A stretch of DNA of 64,000 nt from Spirochaetales bacterium (lineage in GTDB: Bacteria > Spirochaetota > Spirochaetia > Treponematales > UBA12059). Both the position numbers and the translations under genes were made by a program. Below the pieces are notes generated by a model. That model worked only from the letters and a program-made list of their open reading frames with translations. It ran no database searches and was not told the DNA's origin. This document shows, piece after piece, positions 47,339-56,655 of this stretch; positions within the stretch are counted from its first letter, which is position 1, and each line of letters opens with the position of its first letter. The stretch spans positions 3,624-67,623 of the forward strand of contig JAFGJV010000049.1 in assembly GCA_016928955.1 (NCBI GenBank). Direction: 5' to 3'.

Positions 47339-48427
47339 TTACTCGTCGCCTGAGGCGCCGGCGTCAGTGCCCGCGTCTCCGTCGGTTTCCGTGCCAAGGA
47401 TGGCGTCGCCCTCCTCGGCCAGTTCTCCCGCCTGATCGGTGCTGGCTGCCGCCGCGTTGATGGCAGCTTCGGCCGCGGCCCGCTTGGCGGCCGCCGTCTC
47501 GTACACGGCTTTGAACATGCCTTCAGCGCGCTCGAACAGGGGCAGGGCGTTTTCGTAGTCGCCTGCCGCGTAGTACACCATGGCCTCGTTCCACACGGCC
47601 AGGGCAGCATCGTAGTCGTCCTTGACGGCCACTTCGGCCTTGATGGCCTCTGCTTCCACTTTGTACTCGCCGGCGGCGTCCCGGCCGGACGTGGCTGAGA
47701 TTTCCCAGCCGGTTTTCCAGACTATGTTGTAGCGGAGGAGGGCTTCCTCGGCCGCGTCGCTTGAGCCTTCCGGGTCCTCGGCCAGGAGGCCGTCAACGGC
47801 CGCCAGCTGTTCGCCGGCCAGGGCGTAGTTGCCGGAATCCAGCTTGCCGAAGTCCTTGGCGTCCACCTTGTCCCTGACCGCGGCCGCCGAGCTCTTCTTC
47901 TCGGCTGCGTCGAACGAGTACAGGGCCTTGCGGTACAGCTCGAAGGCCTCCCGATGGTTGCCGGCCTCGTAGGCGGCCGCGGCCTGGGCCATATACTGGT
48001 CGCCAGCGCTGAGCGCGGCCGGAGCCTGGGTTTCCGCTCCGTTGGCCACAGCCACCTGACGCGCGGCGTCGGCGTCACCGCGGGTTTTTTCGGCCGCTGC
48101 CTGGGCCGAGCGGGACGCCAGGTCGCGGTATACGGGCAGGACGGTCTCAAAGCTTGCCTTTGCTGCGTCGTTGTCCTTGGCGTCCATGGATGTCTTGCCG
48201 GCCGTGTAGGTGGCATCGGCGGCGTCATATTCGGTAGGGAACTGGTCCTTGGCGCCCAGGTCAAAGGCGTCGTTCCTCGCGGCCAGCACCTCGGCGTGCA
48301 GGGCGGCTATGTCCTCGTCGCTCACGGTGGATGCCGCAGGCTCGTCCACCACGGGCGGTTTGGACGCGCAGCCAGCCAGGAACGCGACCGCCAGGAACAG
48401 CGCGATCGCCTTACTTTTGAATTGCAT
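47339..48427 (-). CDS. Lipoprotein with three internal ~40-aa helical repeats (A/D/E-rich, TPR-like)
   Basis: Lipobox LAGCAS. Repeated Y..A...Y.A..Y motifs. AAGGAGG RBS. Confidence 0.55.
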   Translation of the reverse strand: MQFKSKAIALFLAVAFLAGCASKPPVVDEPAASTVSDEDIAALHAEVLAARNDAFDLGAKDQFPTEYDAADATYTAGKTSMDAKDNDAAKASFETVLPVYRDLASRSAQAAAEKTRGDADAARQVAVANGAETQAPAALSAGDQYMAQAAAAYEAGNHREAFELYRKALYSFDAAEKKSSAAAVRDKVDAKDFGKLDSGNYALAGEQLAAVDGLLAEDPEGSSDAAEEALLRYNIVWKTGWEISATSGRDAAGEYKVEAEAIKAEVAVKDDYDAALAVWNEAMVYYAAGDYENALPLFERAEGMFKAVYETAAAKRAAAEAAINAAAASTDQAGELAEEGDAILGTETDGDAGTDAGASGDE

Positions 48428-48445
48428 GGTCAGCCTCCTTAAGCT

Positions 48446-48490
48446 TCTGGAAACACCCGGGCTCTACCCGCGGACTAAGCGCGGACCGGG
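48446..48490. promoter_or_regulatory. Nested hairpin AACACCCGG...CCGGGTGTT (inner CCGCGG-N6-CGCGG) in the 5' leader of the lipoprotein gene
   Basis: 9-bp perfect arms read directly. No U-tract. Confidence 0.35.
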
Positions 48491-48745
48491 TGTTGGAGTG
48501 CGTCTGTAAGAAAATCCAGGGTCATACTACCATGAATGGGCGGCAGGGGCAAACTTTTATCCGGATTTTATCGAAAAAAAATAATACGGATACAGTGCCG
48601 TTTTCCGTGTGCGCTCTGAAGTTCGGGTTGTTGAAAAAGCCGCCAGCGGCGTTCTCAAGAGCCCGCTCGGGTTTCCCGACAGGGATACAGGCCGCGCCGC
48701 ATCAAAGCTTTGAGGCACCAGGCGGCGAGGACTTGGCCCGAGCTG

Positions 48746-48784
48746 ACAAAAAGCCCCGGAAGCGGGTGAGGGCTCCCGGGGCTC
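48746..48784 (-). terminator. Probable terminator of ileS (AGCCCCGG...CCGGGGCT followed by TTTTTGT on the minus strand)
   Basis: Hairpin plus T-rich tract read directly. Confidence 0.5.
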
Positions 48785-48813
48785 GATCGTTTCCCGTTGC
48801 GTGCCGCGCCGGC

Positions 48814-51800
48814 TTACACCTTGCGCAGGGCCACTTTCCAGGGCGTGTCTCCGGCCTCAACATCGGTCATGCCGGCCACGCTCTCCCAGAGCACGGTCGA
48901 CGCCAGGGTCTCGGCGGCTATGAATTCCGCCCACGCGTCGAACGCGCGTTTCTGGCCGTCGTCGCCGTGGACAAACAGGGTGATGCGGTCGGTCACTTCC
49001 AGCCCGGAATCCTTGCGCAGGGTCTGCACGCCGCGCACCAGGTCGCGGACATTGCCCTCGTCCAGGAGTTCGGGCGTGATGTCCGCGTCCAGGGCCACGG
49101 TCAGGGTGCCCTCGTTGATGACCCTGAGGCCCGCGCGTTCCTCCCTGCGTATGTCCACCGATTCGCGGGTGATTTCCACCGAGCGGCCACCAACGTCTAT
49201 CATGAGGGACGAGCCGTCCAGGAGGCCGGCTATCTGCCGTCCGCCCAGCTTCTCTATTATGGCCGCGCCTTCCTTCATGTCCTTGCCCAGGACCTTGCCC
49301 AGGGCGCGGAAGTTGGCCTTGGCCGAGTAGCTGACCAGCTCTTCCTCGTCGTCCCTGAAGATCACGCTCTTGACGTTCAGCTCGTCGCGTATGATCTCTT
49401 CCATTTCCATGAGCACGGCGCGCTCGCGGGCGTCGCGGGTGACCAGCTGGACCGAGGCCAAAGGCTGGCGGATCTTCAGTTCGTGCTGGTAGCGCAGGGC
49501 CCGGCCCATGCTGACGGCGCGGCGCACGGCGGCCATGCGCCACTCCAGGTCCTCGTCGCGGTAGCGCTCGTCGTACTCGGGATAGGCGGCCAGGTGGACG
49601 CTCTCGGGCTCGCCGTCCCTGCGGAGGTTGCGCCAGATGGCCTCGGTGATGAAGGGGGCCACGGGCGCAAAGGCCTGGGCCAGGCGCCTGAGGACGTGGT
49701 AGAGCGTGGCGTATGCCTCGGTCTTGTCGGCGTCGTTCTCCGAGCGCCAGAAGCGCCTGCGCGAGCGGCGTATGTACCAGTTGTTCAGCGCGTCTATGAA
49801 GTCGACGATGGGCGCTATGGCCTTCTGCATCTCGTACGAGTCCAAGCCGGTTGTCACGCTCTGCACCATGCCTTCGCACACGGACAGTATCCAGCGGTCC
49901 ATGGGGTTGCGCGCGTCTGCAGGGGCTTGGCCGGGTTCGGCCTTGTCTATGGTGGCGTAGGTGACAAAGAAGCCGTACGCGTTCCACAGGGGGATGAGGA
50001 GGCCTTTGAGCACGTCCTTGACGCCGTCGTCTGAGTAGCAGAGGTCGTCGGCGCGCGTGGCTGGCGAGTTCATGAGGAACACGCGCAGGGCATCGGCGCC
50101 GAATTCCTTCATCACCTTCATGGGATCGGTGTAGTTGCGGAGGCTCTTGGACATTTTCTTGCCGTCGGTGGCAAGGATGAGCCCGTTGACCACGCAGGCT
50201 TTGAAGGCCGGCTTGTCAAAAAGGGCGGCGGCCAGGACCGTCAGCGTGTAGAACCAGCCGCGGGTCTGGTCCTGGCCCTCGCATATGAAGTCTGCGGGGA
50301 AATGCTCCTCAAAGTGCTTTTTGTTCTCGAAGGGGTAGTGCACCTGGGCGTAGGGCATGGAGCCGGACTCGAACCAGCAGTCCAGCACCTCGGGTATGCG
50401 GCGCATGGTGCCGGAGCAGCCGTTTTTGCCGCAGGCCCAGGCGATATCGTCCACAAAGTGCTTGTGGAGGTCGTCCGGCCGCTGCCCAGACAGCCTGGCA
50501 AGCTCGTCCCGCGAGCCGACGCATTCCGCCCGGCCGCAGGCGTCGCACTTCCAGATGGGCAGGGGGTTGCCCCAGTAACGGTTGCGGCTGATCGACCAGT
50601 CGCGGGCGTTGTCCAGCCACTTGCCAAAGCGCCCGTCCCGTATGTGCTGGGGCACCCAGCTGATGGTCTGGTTGTTGCGCACGAACGACGGCTTGATTGG
50701 GTCGATCTTGACGAACCAGCTGGATATGGCGCGATAGATGAGGGGGCTGCCGCAACGGTAGCAGTGAGGATAGGCATGGAGGTACTGCTCGCGCTTGACC
50801 AGCTTGCCCTCCGCCTTGAGGCGGTCAATGATGGCCTTGTCCGCGTCCTTGACGAACTGGCCCTTGTAGTCCGGCACCTCGGCGGTGAACTTGCACTCGC
50901 CGTCCACCGGGCAGACCGTGGGCACGCCCGTGCCCCGGAGGGTGTTGTAGTCGTCCTCGCCAAAACCGGGGGCCGTGTGCACGATGCCCGCGCCGTCTTC
51001 CGTGGTCACGTAGTCGGCCAGGTGGACCCTGAACGCGCCCTTGTCTGCCAGGTTGGCAAAATAGGGGAAGAGGGGTTCGTAGGAGGCGCCGACCAGGGCC
51101 GAGCCCTTGAAACGGGCCTCTACCACGCACGAGGCCGGGTCCTTGTAGTACGCGGCAAGCCGGGCCTCGGCCAGCACGTAGCGCTCGGCGCCGTCGCGGA
51201 CCAGGACGTAATCCAGCTCGGGGCCAACGGCCAGGGCCAGGTTGGAAGGCAGGGTCCAGGGTGTGGTGGTCCAGGCCAGGAAATAGGTGGAGCCGTCGGC
51301 CAGTTCTGGGCCTCCTGGGGCGTCCGCGCTCACCTTGAACTTGACGCTGATGGCCGGGTCGTGCACGTCCTGGTAGCCGCCCTGGGCCAGCTCGTGGTTG
51401 GACAGCACGGTGGAACAGCGCGGGCAGTAGGGCATGATGGAATGGCCTTCATATATCAGACCCTGGTCCCACAGGCGCTTGACCACCCACCAGATGGATT
51501 CCATGTAGTCCGGATCCATGGTTTTGTAGTCGTGGTCAAAGTCCACCCAGCGGCCGGCCCGGGTCATGATGGAGCGCCACTCCTTGGTGTAGCGGAGGAC
51601 GATGGAACGGCAGGCCTCGTTGAAGCGCGCCACGCCGAATTCCTCTATCTGGGCCTTGCCCGATATGCCCAGCTCCTTTTCCATTTCATACTCCACGGGA
51701 AGGCCGTGGCAGTCCCAGCCGAAGCGGCGCTCCACCTGGAAGCCCTTCATGGTCTTGTAGCGCGGAATAATGTCCTTGATGGTACCCGGGACAAAGTGGC

Positions 51801-51969
51801 CGAAGTGGGGAAGCCCGGTGGCAAAGGGGGGGCCGTCGTAGAACACGAACTCGGGCGCCCCGTCGCGCTCCTTGACGGATTTCTCGAAGATGCCCCGCTC
51901 CTTCCAGAAGGCGAGGATGTCCTCCTCCATGGAAGGGAAGCTGACCTTGGGATCGACGGGCTGGTACAT
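48814..51969 (-). CDS. ileS: Isoleucine--tRNA ligase, type 2 (long, eukaryote/archaeal-like form)
   Basis: 1051 aa. HIGH-type PHFGHFV and KMSKS motifs. CP1 editing domain. No C-terminal Cys4 zinc knuckle. Confidence 0.95.
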   Translation of the reverse strand: MYQPVDPKVSFPSMEEDILAFWKERGIFEKSVKERDGAPEFVFYDGPPFATGLPHFGHFVPGTIKDIIPRYKTMKGFQVERRFGWDCHGLPVEYEMEKELGISGKAQIEEFGVARFNEACRSIVLRYTKEWRSIMTRAGRWVDFDHDYKTMDPDYMESIWWVVKRLWDQGLIYEGHSIMPYCPRCSTVLSNHELAQGGYQDVHDPAISVKFKVSADAPGGPELADGSTYFLAWTTTPWTLPSNLALAVGPELDYVLVRDGAERYVLAEARLAAYYKDPASCVVEARFKGSALVGASYEPLFPYFANLADKGAFRVHLADYVTTEDGAGIVHTAPGFGEDDYNTLRGTGVPTVCPVDGECKFTAEVPDYKGQFVKDADKAIIDRLKAEGKLVKREQYLHAYPHCYRCGSPLIYRAISSWFVKIDPIKPSFVRNNQTISWVPQHIRDGRFGKWLDNARDWSISRNRYWGNPLPIWKCDACGRAECVGSRDELARLSGQRPDDLHKHFVDDIAWACGKNGCSGTMRRIPEVLDCWFESGSMPYAQVHYPFENKKHFEEHFPADFICEGQDQTRGWFYTLTVLAAALFDKPAFKACVVNGLILATDGKKMSKSLRNYTDPMKVMKEFGADALRVFLMNSPATRADDLCYSDDGVKDVLKGLLIPLWNAYGFFVTYATIDKAEPGQAPADARNPMDRWILSVCEGMVQSVTTGLDSYEMQKAIAPIVDFIDALNNWYIRRSRRRFWRSENDADKTEAYATLYHVLRRLAQAFAPVAPFITEAIWRNLRRDGEPESVHLAAYPEYDERYRDEDLEWRMAAVRRAVSMGRALRYQHELKIRQPLASVQLVTRDARERAVLMEMEEIIRDELNVKSVIFRDDEEELVSYSAKANFRALGKVLGKDMKEGAAIIEKLGGRQIAGLLDGSSLMIDVGGRSVEITRESVDIRREERAGLRVINEGTLTVALDADITPELLDEGNVRDLVRGVQTLRKDSGLEVTDRITLFVHGDDGQKRAFDAWAEFIAAETLASTVLWESVAGMTDVEAGDTPWKVALRKV

Positions 51970-52096
51970 GACTGCTCCTAGCGTAATCAGGATGCGTGCG
52001 GCCGGGCCACCGCCCCCGCGCTACCGCGGGCGGCGAACCTAGTTTTGCCGGATTATATGAAATACGGGAATGAATATCCAGTGGAAGGGCTGGACG

Positions 52097-52444
52097 CTAC
52101 ATGACGCGGAGCTCGGTGCGGCCCACGCTGATGACGTCCGAACGCCCCAGTTTGACGTACTTGCCCTTGGGTACGGGCTGGCCGTTGACGAAGGTGCCGT
52201 TGCTCGAGTCCAGGTCCTTAATGAAAAATTCCGACTTGATTTTCTGGATCAGGGCGTGGTGGCGGGACACCAGGCTGTCGTCCAGGACAATTTTGTTGTC
52301 CGTGCCCCTGCCAATGGTGATGCGGGCGGTCAGCGAGCAGGCCTGGCCGTTGTAGGACAGCTGGTATGCTTCAGCCTTGTGGATGCTGGACAGGCGCTTG
52401 CCGAGGTTGCTTGAGCTGATGATGGTATCGATGTCCTCCGGCAT
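52097..52444 (-). CDS. Small FHA-domain protein
   Basis: FHA core ITIGRGTDNKIVLDDSLVSRHHALI...SSNGTFVNG. Confidence 0.75.
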   Translation of the reverse strand: MPEDIDTIISSSNLGKRLSSIHKAEAYQLSYNGQACSLTARITIGRGTDNKIVLDDSLVSRHHALIQKIKSEFFIKDLDSSNGTFVNGQPVPKGKYVKLGRSDVISVGRTELRVM

Positions 52445-52544
52445 TGCCCCTCCCGGTCATAAACGTATACCGGATTGGGGCGCGGAGCAAGACGGGCGGA
52501 CGGGTTTCCTGTGGCGTGCCGAAGCTTTGGCGCCCAGGTCCCGG

Positions 52545-52892
52545 CTAGAACACCCTGAGTTCCGTACGGCCCACCACGATGCGGTCGTTGCGCGACAGGC
52601 GTATGTACTTGCCCGGGGGCACGGGGGCGTCGTTGACCCAGGTGCCATTCCGGCTGTCCCGGTCGGTGATAAAGAAGGCTTCCTGGATCTTCTGGATGAT
52701 GGCGTGCTGGCGCGACACCAGGCTGTCGTCCAGGCTGATCTGGTTTTCTGGTCCCCGCCCTATGGTGATGCGCTCGGACAGGGGATAGGCCTTGCCGTCG
52801 TACGCAAGCTGGTAGTGTTCCTGCCTGTGTATGTTGGACAGGCGTTTCCCGAGCGCGCTTTCCGCGCCGATCGTCGATATTTCCTGACCCAT
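52545..52892 (-). CDS. Small FHA-domain protein (paralog of 52097-52444)
   Basis: FHA core ITIGRGPENQISLDDSLVSRQHAII...SRNGTWVND. About 55% identical to its neighbour. Confidence 0.75.
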   Translation of the reverse strand: MGQEISTIGAESALGKRLSNIHRQEHYQLAYDGKAYPLSERITIGRGPENQISLDDSLVSRQHAIIQKIQEAFFITDRDSRNGTWVNDAPVPPGKYIRLSRNDRIVVGRTELRVF

Positions 52893-52988
52893 TCGCTAGC
52901 CTTTCCGGATCGTGGTTCTGTGCCTATTGTCGGCGTCCAGGTCGCCGGCATTGAGCGTTTCGTCACGTGGCGTTGGGTTCTCTTCCGC

Positions 52989-53042
52989 TTGACAAAAGCG
53001 TGTGGGTGTATTATTAATTTAGTGTACTAGTTCAATAGTACA
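52989..53042 (+). promoter_or_regulatory. Sigma70 promoter (TTGACA-17-TATTAA) with an overlapping perfect YtrA/GntR-type operator TGTACTA-N6-TAGTACA
   Basis: Hexamers and the 7-bp inverted repeat read directly, 20 nt upstream of the GntR start. Confidence 0.55.
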
Positions 53043-53063
53043 ATATGTGAACGGGAGAAGCGG

Positions 53064-53477
53064 ATGGCTGACAAACCGGGCATAGCTTTCAGCCTGGACC
53101 CCAAAAGCGGCGTGCCGTACTACAAGCAGATCATACTGCAGGTGGAGTTCGCCATAGCGGACGGGCGTTTTGCCACGGGCGACCAGCTACCCACCGTGCG
53201 CAGCCTGGCCGTGGACCTCAAAATCAATCCAAACACGGTAGCCAGGGCGTACAACGAGATGGAAATCCGAGGCATCGTCACCACGCAGCAGGGCTCCGGT
53301 ACCTATATAAGCGATAAACCCCTGCGGCTCACCGAGGTGGAGCGGGAAGGCATGCTGGAGGCCCTGGTGCGGCCCTTCATTTCCCGCGCCTTGAGCTACG
53401 GTTTTTCCCTGGACGAGGTCACCAAGGCCGTACGGGACGCCTTTGAGGGTTCCGAGCGTAAGGAGGAGGAAACGTGA
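53064..53477 (+). CDS. GntR family transcriptional regulator, YtrA subfamily (short C-terminus)
   Basis: wHTH PYYKQIILQVEFAIADGRFATGDQLPTVRSLAVDLKINPNTVARAY. 137 aa. Confidence 0.8.
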   Translation: MADKPGIAFSLDPKSGVPYYKQIILQVEFAIADGRFATGDQLPTVRSLAVDLKINPNTVARAYNEMEIRGIVTTQQGSGTYISDKPLRLTEVEREGMLEALVRPFISRALSYGFSLDEVTKAVRDAFEGSERKEEET

Positions 53478-54658
53478 CGTTTTCCCTGTTCGGCTCGCGC
53501 GACGAGCCCAATCCCAGAATCAAAAGCCCGTCTCCCCGGAGATCCGGCAAGGATTTCAGGTTCACCATGTTTTCCGGCCTGTCCATGCTGGCACTCGCGT
53601 CGGTCGGCCTGGCCGCCGGACTTGCCCTGGGCGCAGATCCCGGCTCCGGGCTTGTGGCCCGGGGTTACATGGCCGTGCTGATGGGCGCCCTGATATACGG
53701 CCTGTGGCCGGCCTGGTCGTCCCTGGTGTGGGCCCTGGTCGTAGGAATGGGCGTTTTGTTCACGGCTCCGGGTGTCGGCGGAACCTGGGCTGCCCTGGCC
53801 TACGAGCTGTCGCCCCGGGCCGCGCCCTTCCTTCTGTCGGTGCTGCTGGCGTTGCTGCTGGGGCCGAGCGTCCAGATCGTGGTGCACTGGGACAAGGCCG
53901 TGGTCCTCCGGCTGGGGCGTTTTCACAAGGTCAAAGGGCCGGGGGTGGTGTTGCTTGCCCCGCTGGTGGACAGGATAGAGGCCATGGTGGACACGCGCAT
54001 ACGCGTGACCGATTTCAGCGCGGAACGCATCCTGTCCAGGGACACGGTACCCATCCATGTGGACGCCCTGGCGTTCTGGATGGTGTGGGACGCGCAAAAG
54101 GCCATCCTTGAGGTGGAGGACTTCATGGAAGCGGTCGTGCTGTCTGCCCAGACCGCCCTCAGGGACTGCCTGGGCAAGTACACGCTGTCCACCATCCTGG
54201 CCGAGCGCGACACCCTGTACCACGAGATACAGACCATCCTGGACGCCAAGACCAACCCCTGGGGCATCACCATTCTGTCGGTCGAGTTCGTGGACATACA
54301 GCTACCGAAGGAACTGGAGGACTCGATGAGCAGGCAGGCCCAGGCCGAGCGCGAGAAGGCCGCGAGGGTGTACCTGGCGGACGCTGAGCTGGACGTGGCC
54401 AAGCGCTTTGTCCAGGCGGCAGAAAGCTACCGCGGCCGCCCCGAGGCGTTGAACCTGCGCGGCATGAGCATGGTGTACGACGCCATGAAGGAACGGGGCA
54501 GCATGGTGCTGCTACCGTCCAACGCCCTCCAGGGCATGAATCTGGGACAGACGCTTGGCCTAGCCGGGTATGCCCAGTCTCAGGATACACAGACCGGCCT
54601 GGCCGGAGACAACCCGGGCGCGCGGGCGCCGGACGCCGGAAGCGGCAAGGAGGCTTGA
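53474..54658 (+). CDS. SPFH/band-7 (stomatin-like) membrane protein
   Basis: N-terminal TM segments, then the SPFH core (VVLRLGRF...KGPG...DTRI...ILSRDTVPIHVDA). GTGA overlap with the GntR stop. AGGAGGAGGA RBS. Confidence 0.8.
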   Translation: MTFSLFGSRDEPNPRIKSPSPRRSGKDFRFTMFSGLSMLALASVGLAAGLALGADPGSGLVARGYMAVLMGALIYGLWPAWSSLVWALVVGMGVLFTAPGVGGTWAALAYELSPRAAPFLLSVLLALLLGPSVQIVVHWDKAVVLRLGRFHKVKGPGVVLLAPLVDRIEAMVDTRIRVTDFSAERILSRDTVPIHVDALAFWMVWDAQKAILEVEDFMEAVVLSAQTALRDCLGKYTLSTILAERDTLYHEIQTILDAKTNPWGITILSVEFVDIQLPKELEDSMSRQAQAEREKAARVYLADAELDVAKRFVQAAESYRGRPEALNLRGMSMVYDAMKERGSMVLLPSNALQGMNLGQTLGLAGYAQSQDTQTGLAGDNPGARAPDAGSGKEA

Positions 54659-54659
54659 T

Positions 54660-55349
54660 ATGGCGAGCATACTGAAGCTCGACGGCATCGCTAAGACCTA
54701 CGTGAAGGGGCAGAACCAGGTGCGCGCCCTGGCAGGCATAGACCTGGACATAGAAGCGGGGGAATTCCTGGCCGTGGTGGGTCCGTCCGGATCGGGCAAG
54801 ACCACCCTGCTCAATATCGTGGGCTGCCTGGACTCGCCGAGCGCGGGCGTCGTGCTGTACAACGGCACGCCCCTGGGGTCCATGAAGGAAGACCAGCTGT
54901 CCGAGTACCGCAAGAAGCACATATCGTTCATCTTCCAATCGTACAACCTGATACCGGTGCTGACCGTCCGCGAGAACGTGGAACTGCCCCTGGTGATCGA
55001 GCGTCGCATGAACAAGAACGAAATTCGGGCCAAGGCTGACGAGCTTCTGAAAGCCGTTGGCCTGGAGGGATTGGGCGACCGCTACCCGCGCGAGCTGTCG
55101 GGCGGCCAGGAACAGCGCGTCGCCATAGCCCGCGCCCTGGTCAAGGAGCCGTACATCGTGCTGGCCGACGAGCCCACGGCCAACCTGGACTCGCACACGG
55201 CCGAGGAAATCGTGGACATCATGCGGGACATCAACAAGAGCAAAGGAGCCACCTTCATCTTCAGCACCCACGACGCCCTGGTGCAGAAACACGCCAGGCG
55301 CGTGGTGACCATACGCGACGGGCTTGTCCACTCGGACGAGAGGAAATAG
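54660..55349 (+). CDS. ABC transporter ATP-binding protein (MacB/LolD-like)
   Basis: Walker A GPSGSGKTT, signature LSGGQEQRVAIAR, Walker B IVLADEPT. Confidence 0.85.
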   Translation: MASILKLDGIAKTYVKGQNQVRALAGIDLDIEAGEFLAVVGPSGSGKTTLLNIVGCLDSPSAGVVLYNGTPLGSMKEDQLSEYRKKHISFIFQSYNLIPVLTVRENVELPLVIERRMNKNEIRAKADELLKAVGLEGLGDRYPRELSGGQEQRVAIARALVKEPYIVLADEPTANLDSHTAEEIVDIMRDINKSKGATFIFSTHDALVQKHARRVVTIRDGLVHSDERK

Positions 55350-55353
55350 CGCC

Positions 55354-56601
55354 ATGGGTACCCTGTTCAAGATCGCCTGGCGCAACGTGTGGCGCCACGG
55401 CAAGAGGACGGCCCTGACCATCATCACGATGGCCTTTGGCCTGGGCCTGTACATAGGCATGGATTCCGTGCTCAAGGGCATGGACCGCACGGGCCTTGAC
55501 AACATCATCAACCTAACCGACTCGTCGGTGCGCGTGTCCACGGCCGCCTACGAGGAGGAACGCGGCAGTTTCCCCCTGGACCAGCCTTTGCCCGACCCCG
55601 CCGGCCTGGCCGACTTCATACGTTCCCGGCCGCGCGTGCTGGCCACGGCGGAACGCACCCGCTTTGTGGGCCAGCTGTCCAACGGCATTGACGCCCTGTA
55701 CGTGCTGGCCGTTGCCCTGGATCCCGAGGACGACGCGCGTGTGCTGGATCTGCCCCAGTACGTGGAAGGTTCGTGGCTGGCCGGCGGCGGGAACGAGATC
55801 GTCCTAGGCGCCAAGCTGGCCGCCGACCTGGGCCTGGGCCTGGGCGACTGGGTGACCCTGGCCGCCCGCACGCGCTGGGAGGCCCAGAACGCTGACGACT
55901 TTCGCGTGGTGGGCCTCATAGACGCCACCGAGCCGAGCATATCGGGCAGCGGCGTGTTCGTGTCCTTTGAGGACGCCGACACGCTCTTAGAATTGGACGG
56001 CCTCCGCACCGAGCTGATCGTGCGCATGGAGCGGCGGGACACGCTTGCCGCCGCCATGGAGGACTCGGATGCTTTGGCCGCCGCTGTCGAGTCGCGGTTC
56101 CCGGAAATGGCCGCTATGAGTTTTGGCGACGTGGGCAGGCAGTTCCTGGAACTGGCCAAGGCCAAGTCCAAGTCCATCACCATGATCATCTTTGTGATGA
56201 TGCTGATAGCCGGCGTGGGAATAGCCAACACGGTACTCATGAGCGTGTACGCGCGCATACGCGAGGTCGGCGTGCTCAGGGCCTTTGGCCTCCACCCCAA
56301 GGACATTACGCGCCTCTTTCTCATCGAAGGGGGCATCATAGGGGTGGTGGGAGCCGCCGCCGGGCTCCTTGTGGGCCTGGGCATAGACCTGTTCTTCATA
56401 CGCGTGGGCATGCCCCTGGAGGCCATGATGGGCGGCATAGATATGGGCCTGCCGGTGGGAGGCACCCTGTACGGGGAATGGAACCCCGACCAGTTCGCCG
56501 TGGCGGCCGTGGTGGGCATCGTGGTCGCCCTGATATCCAGCTGGTCGCCGGCAAAAAAGGCGTCCAGGCTGGAAGTGACCAACGCGCTCCGCTTTGTGTA
56601 G
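55354..56601 (+). CDS. FtsX-like ABC permease (MacB/LolCE type)
   Basis: N-terminal TM, a large periplasmic domain, and a C-terminal 3-TM FtsX-like domain. Confidence 0.75.
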   Translation: MGTLFKIAWRNVWRHGKRTALTIITMAFGLGLYIGMDSVLKGMDRTGLDNIINLTDSSVRVSTAAYEEERGSFPLDQPLPDPAGLADFIRSRPRVLATAERTRFVGQLSNGIDALYVLAVALDPEDDARVLDLPQYVEGSWLAGGGNEIVLGAKLAADLGLGLGDWVTLAARTRWEAQNADDFRVVGLIDATEPSISGSGVFVSFEDADTLLELDGLRTELIVRMERRDTLAAAMEDSDALAAAVESRFPEMAAMSFGDVGRQFLELAKAKSKSITMIIFVMMLIAGVGIANTVLMSVYARIREVGVLRAFGLHPKDITRLFLIEGGIIGVVGAAAGLLVGLGIDLFFIRVGMPLEAMMGGIDMGLPVGGTLYGEWNPDQFAVAAVVGIVVALISSWSPAKKASRLEVTNALRFV

Positions 56602-56655
56602 CGGATGGAGGGCTGGTATGCGTTTTTTCCGATTGCTGTGCAAGGATGGTGAAAT

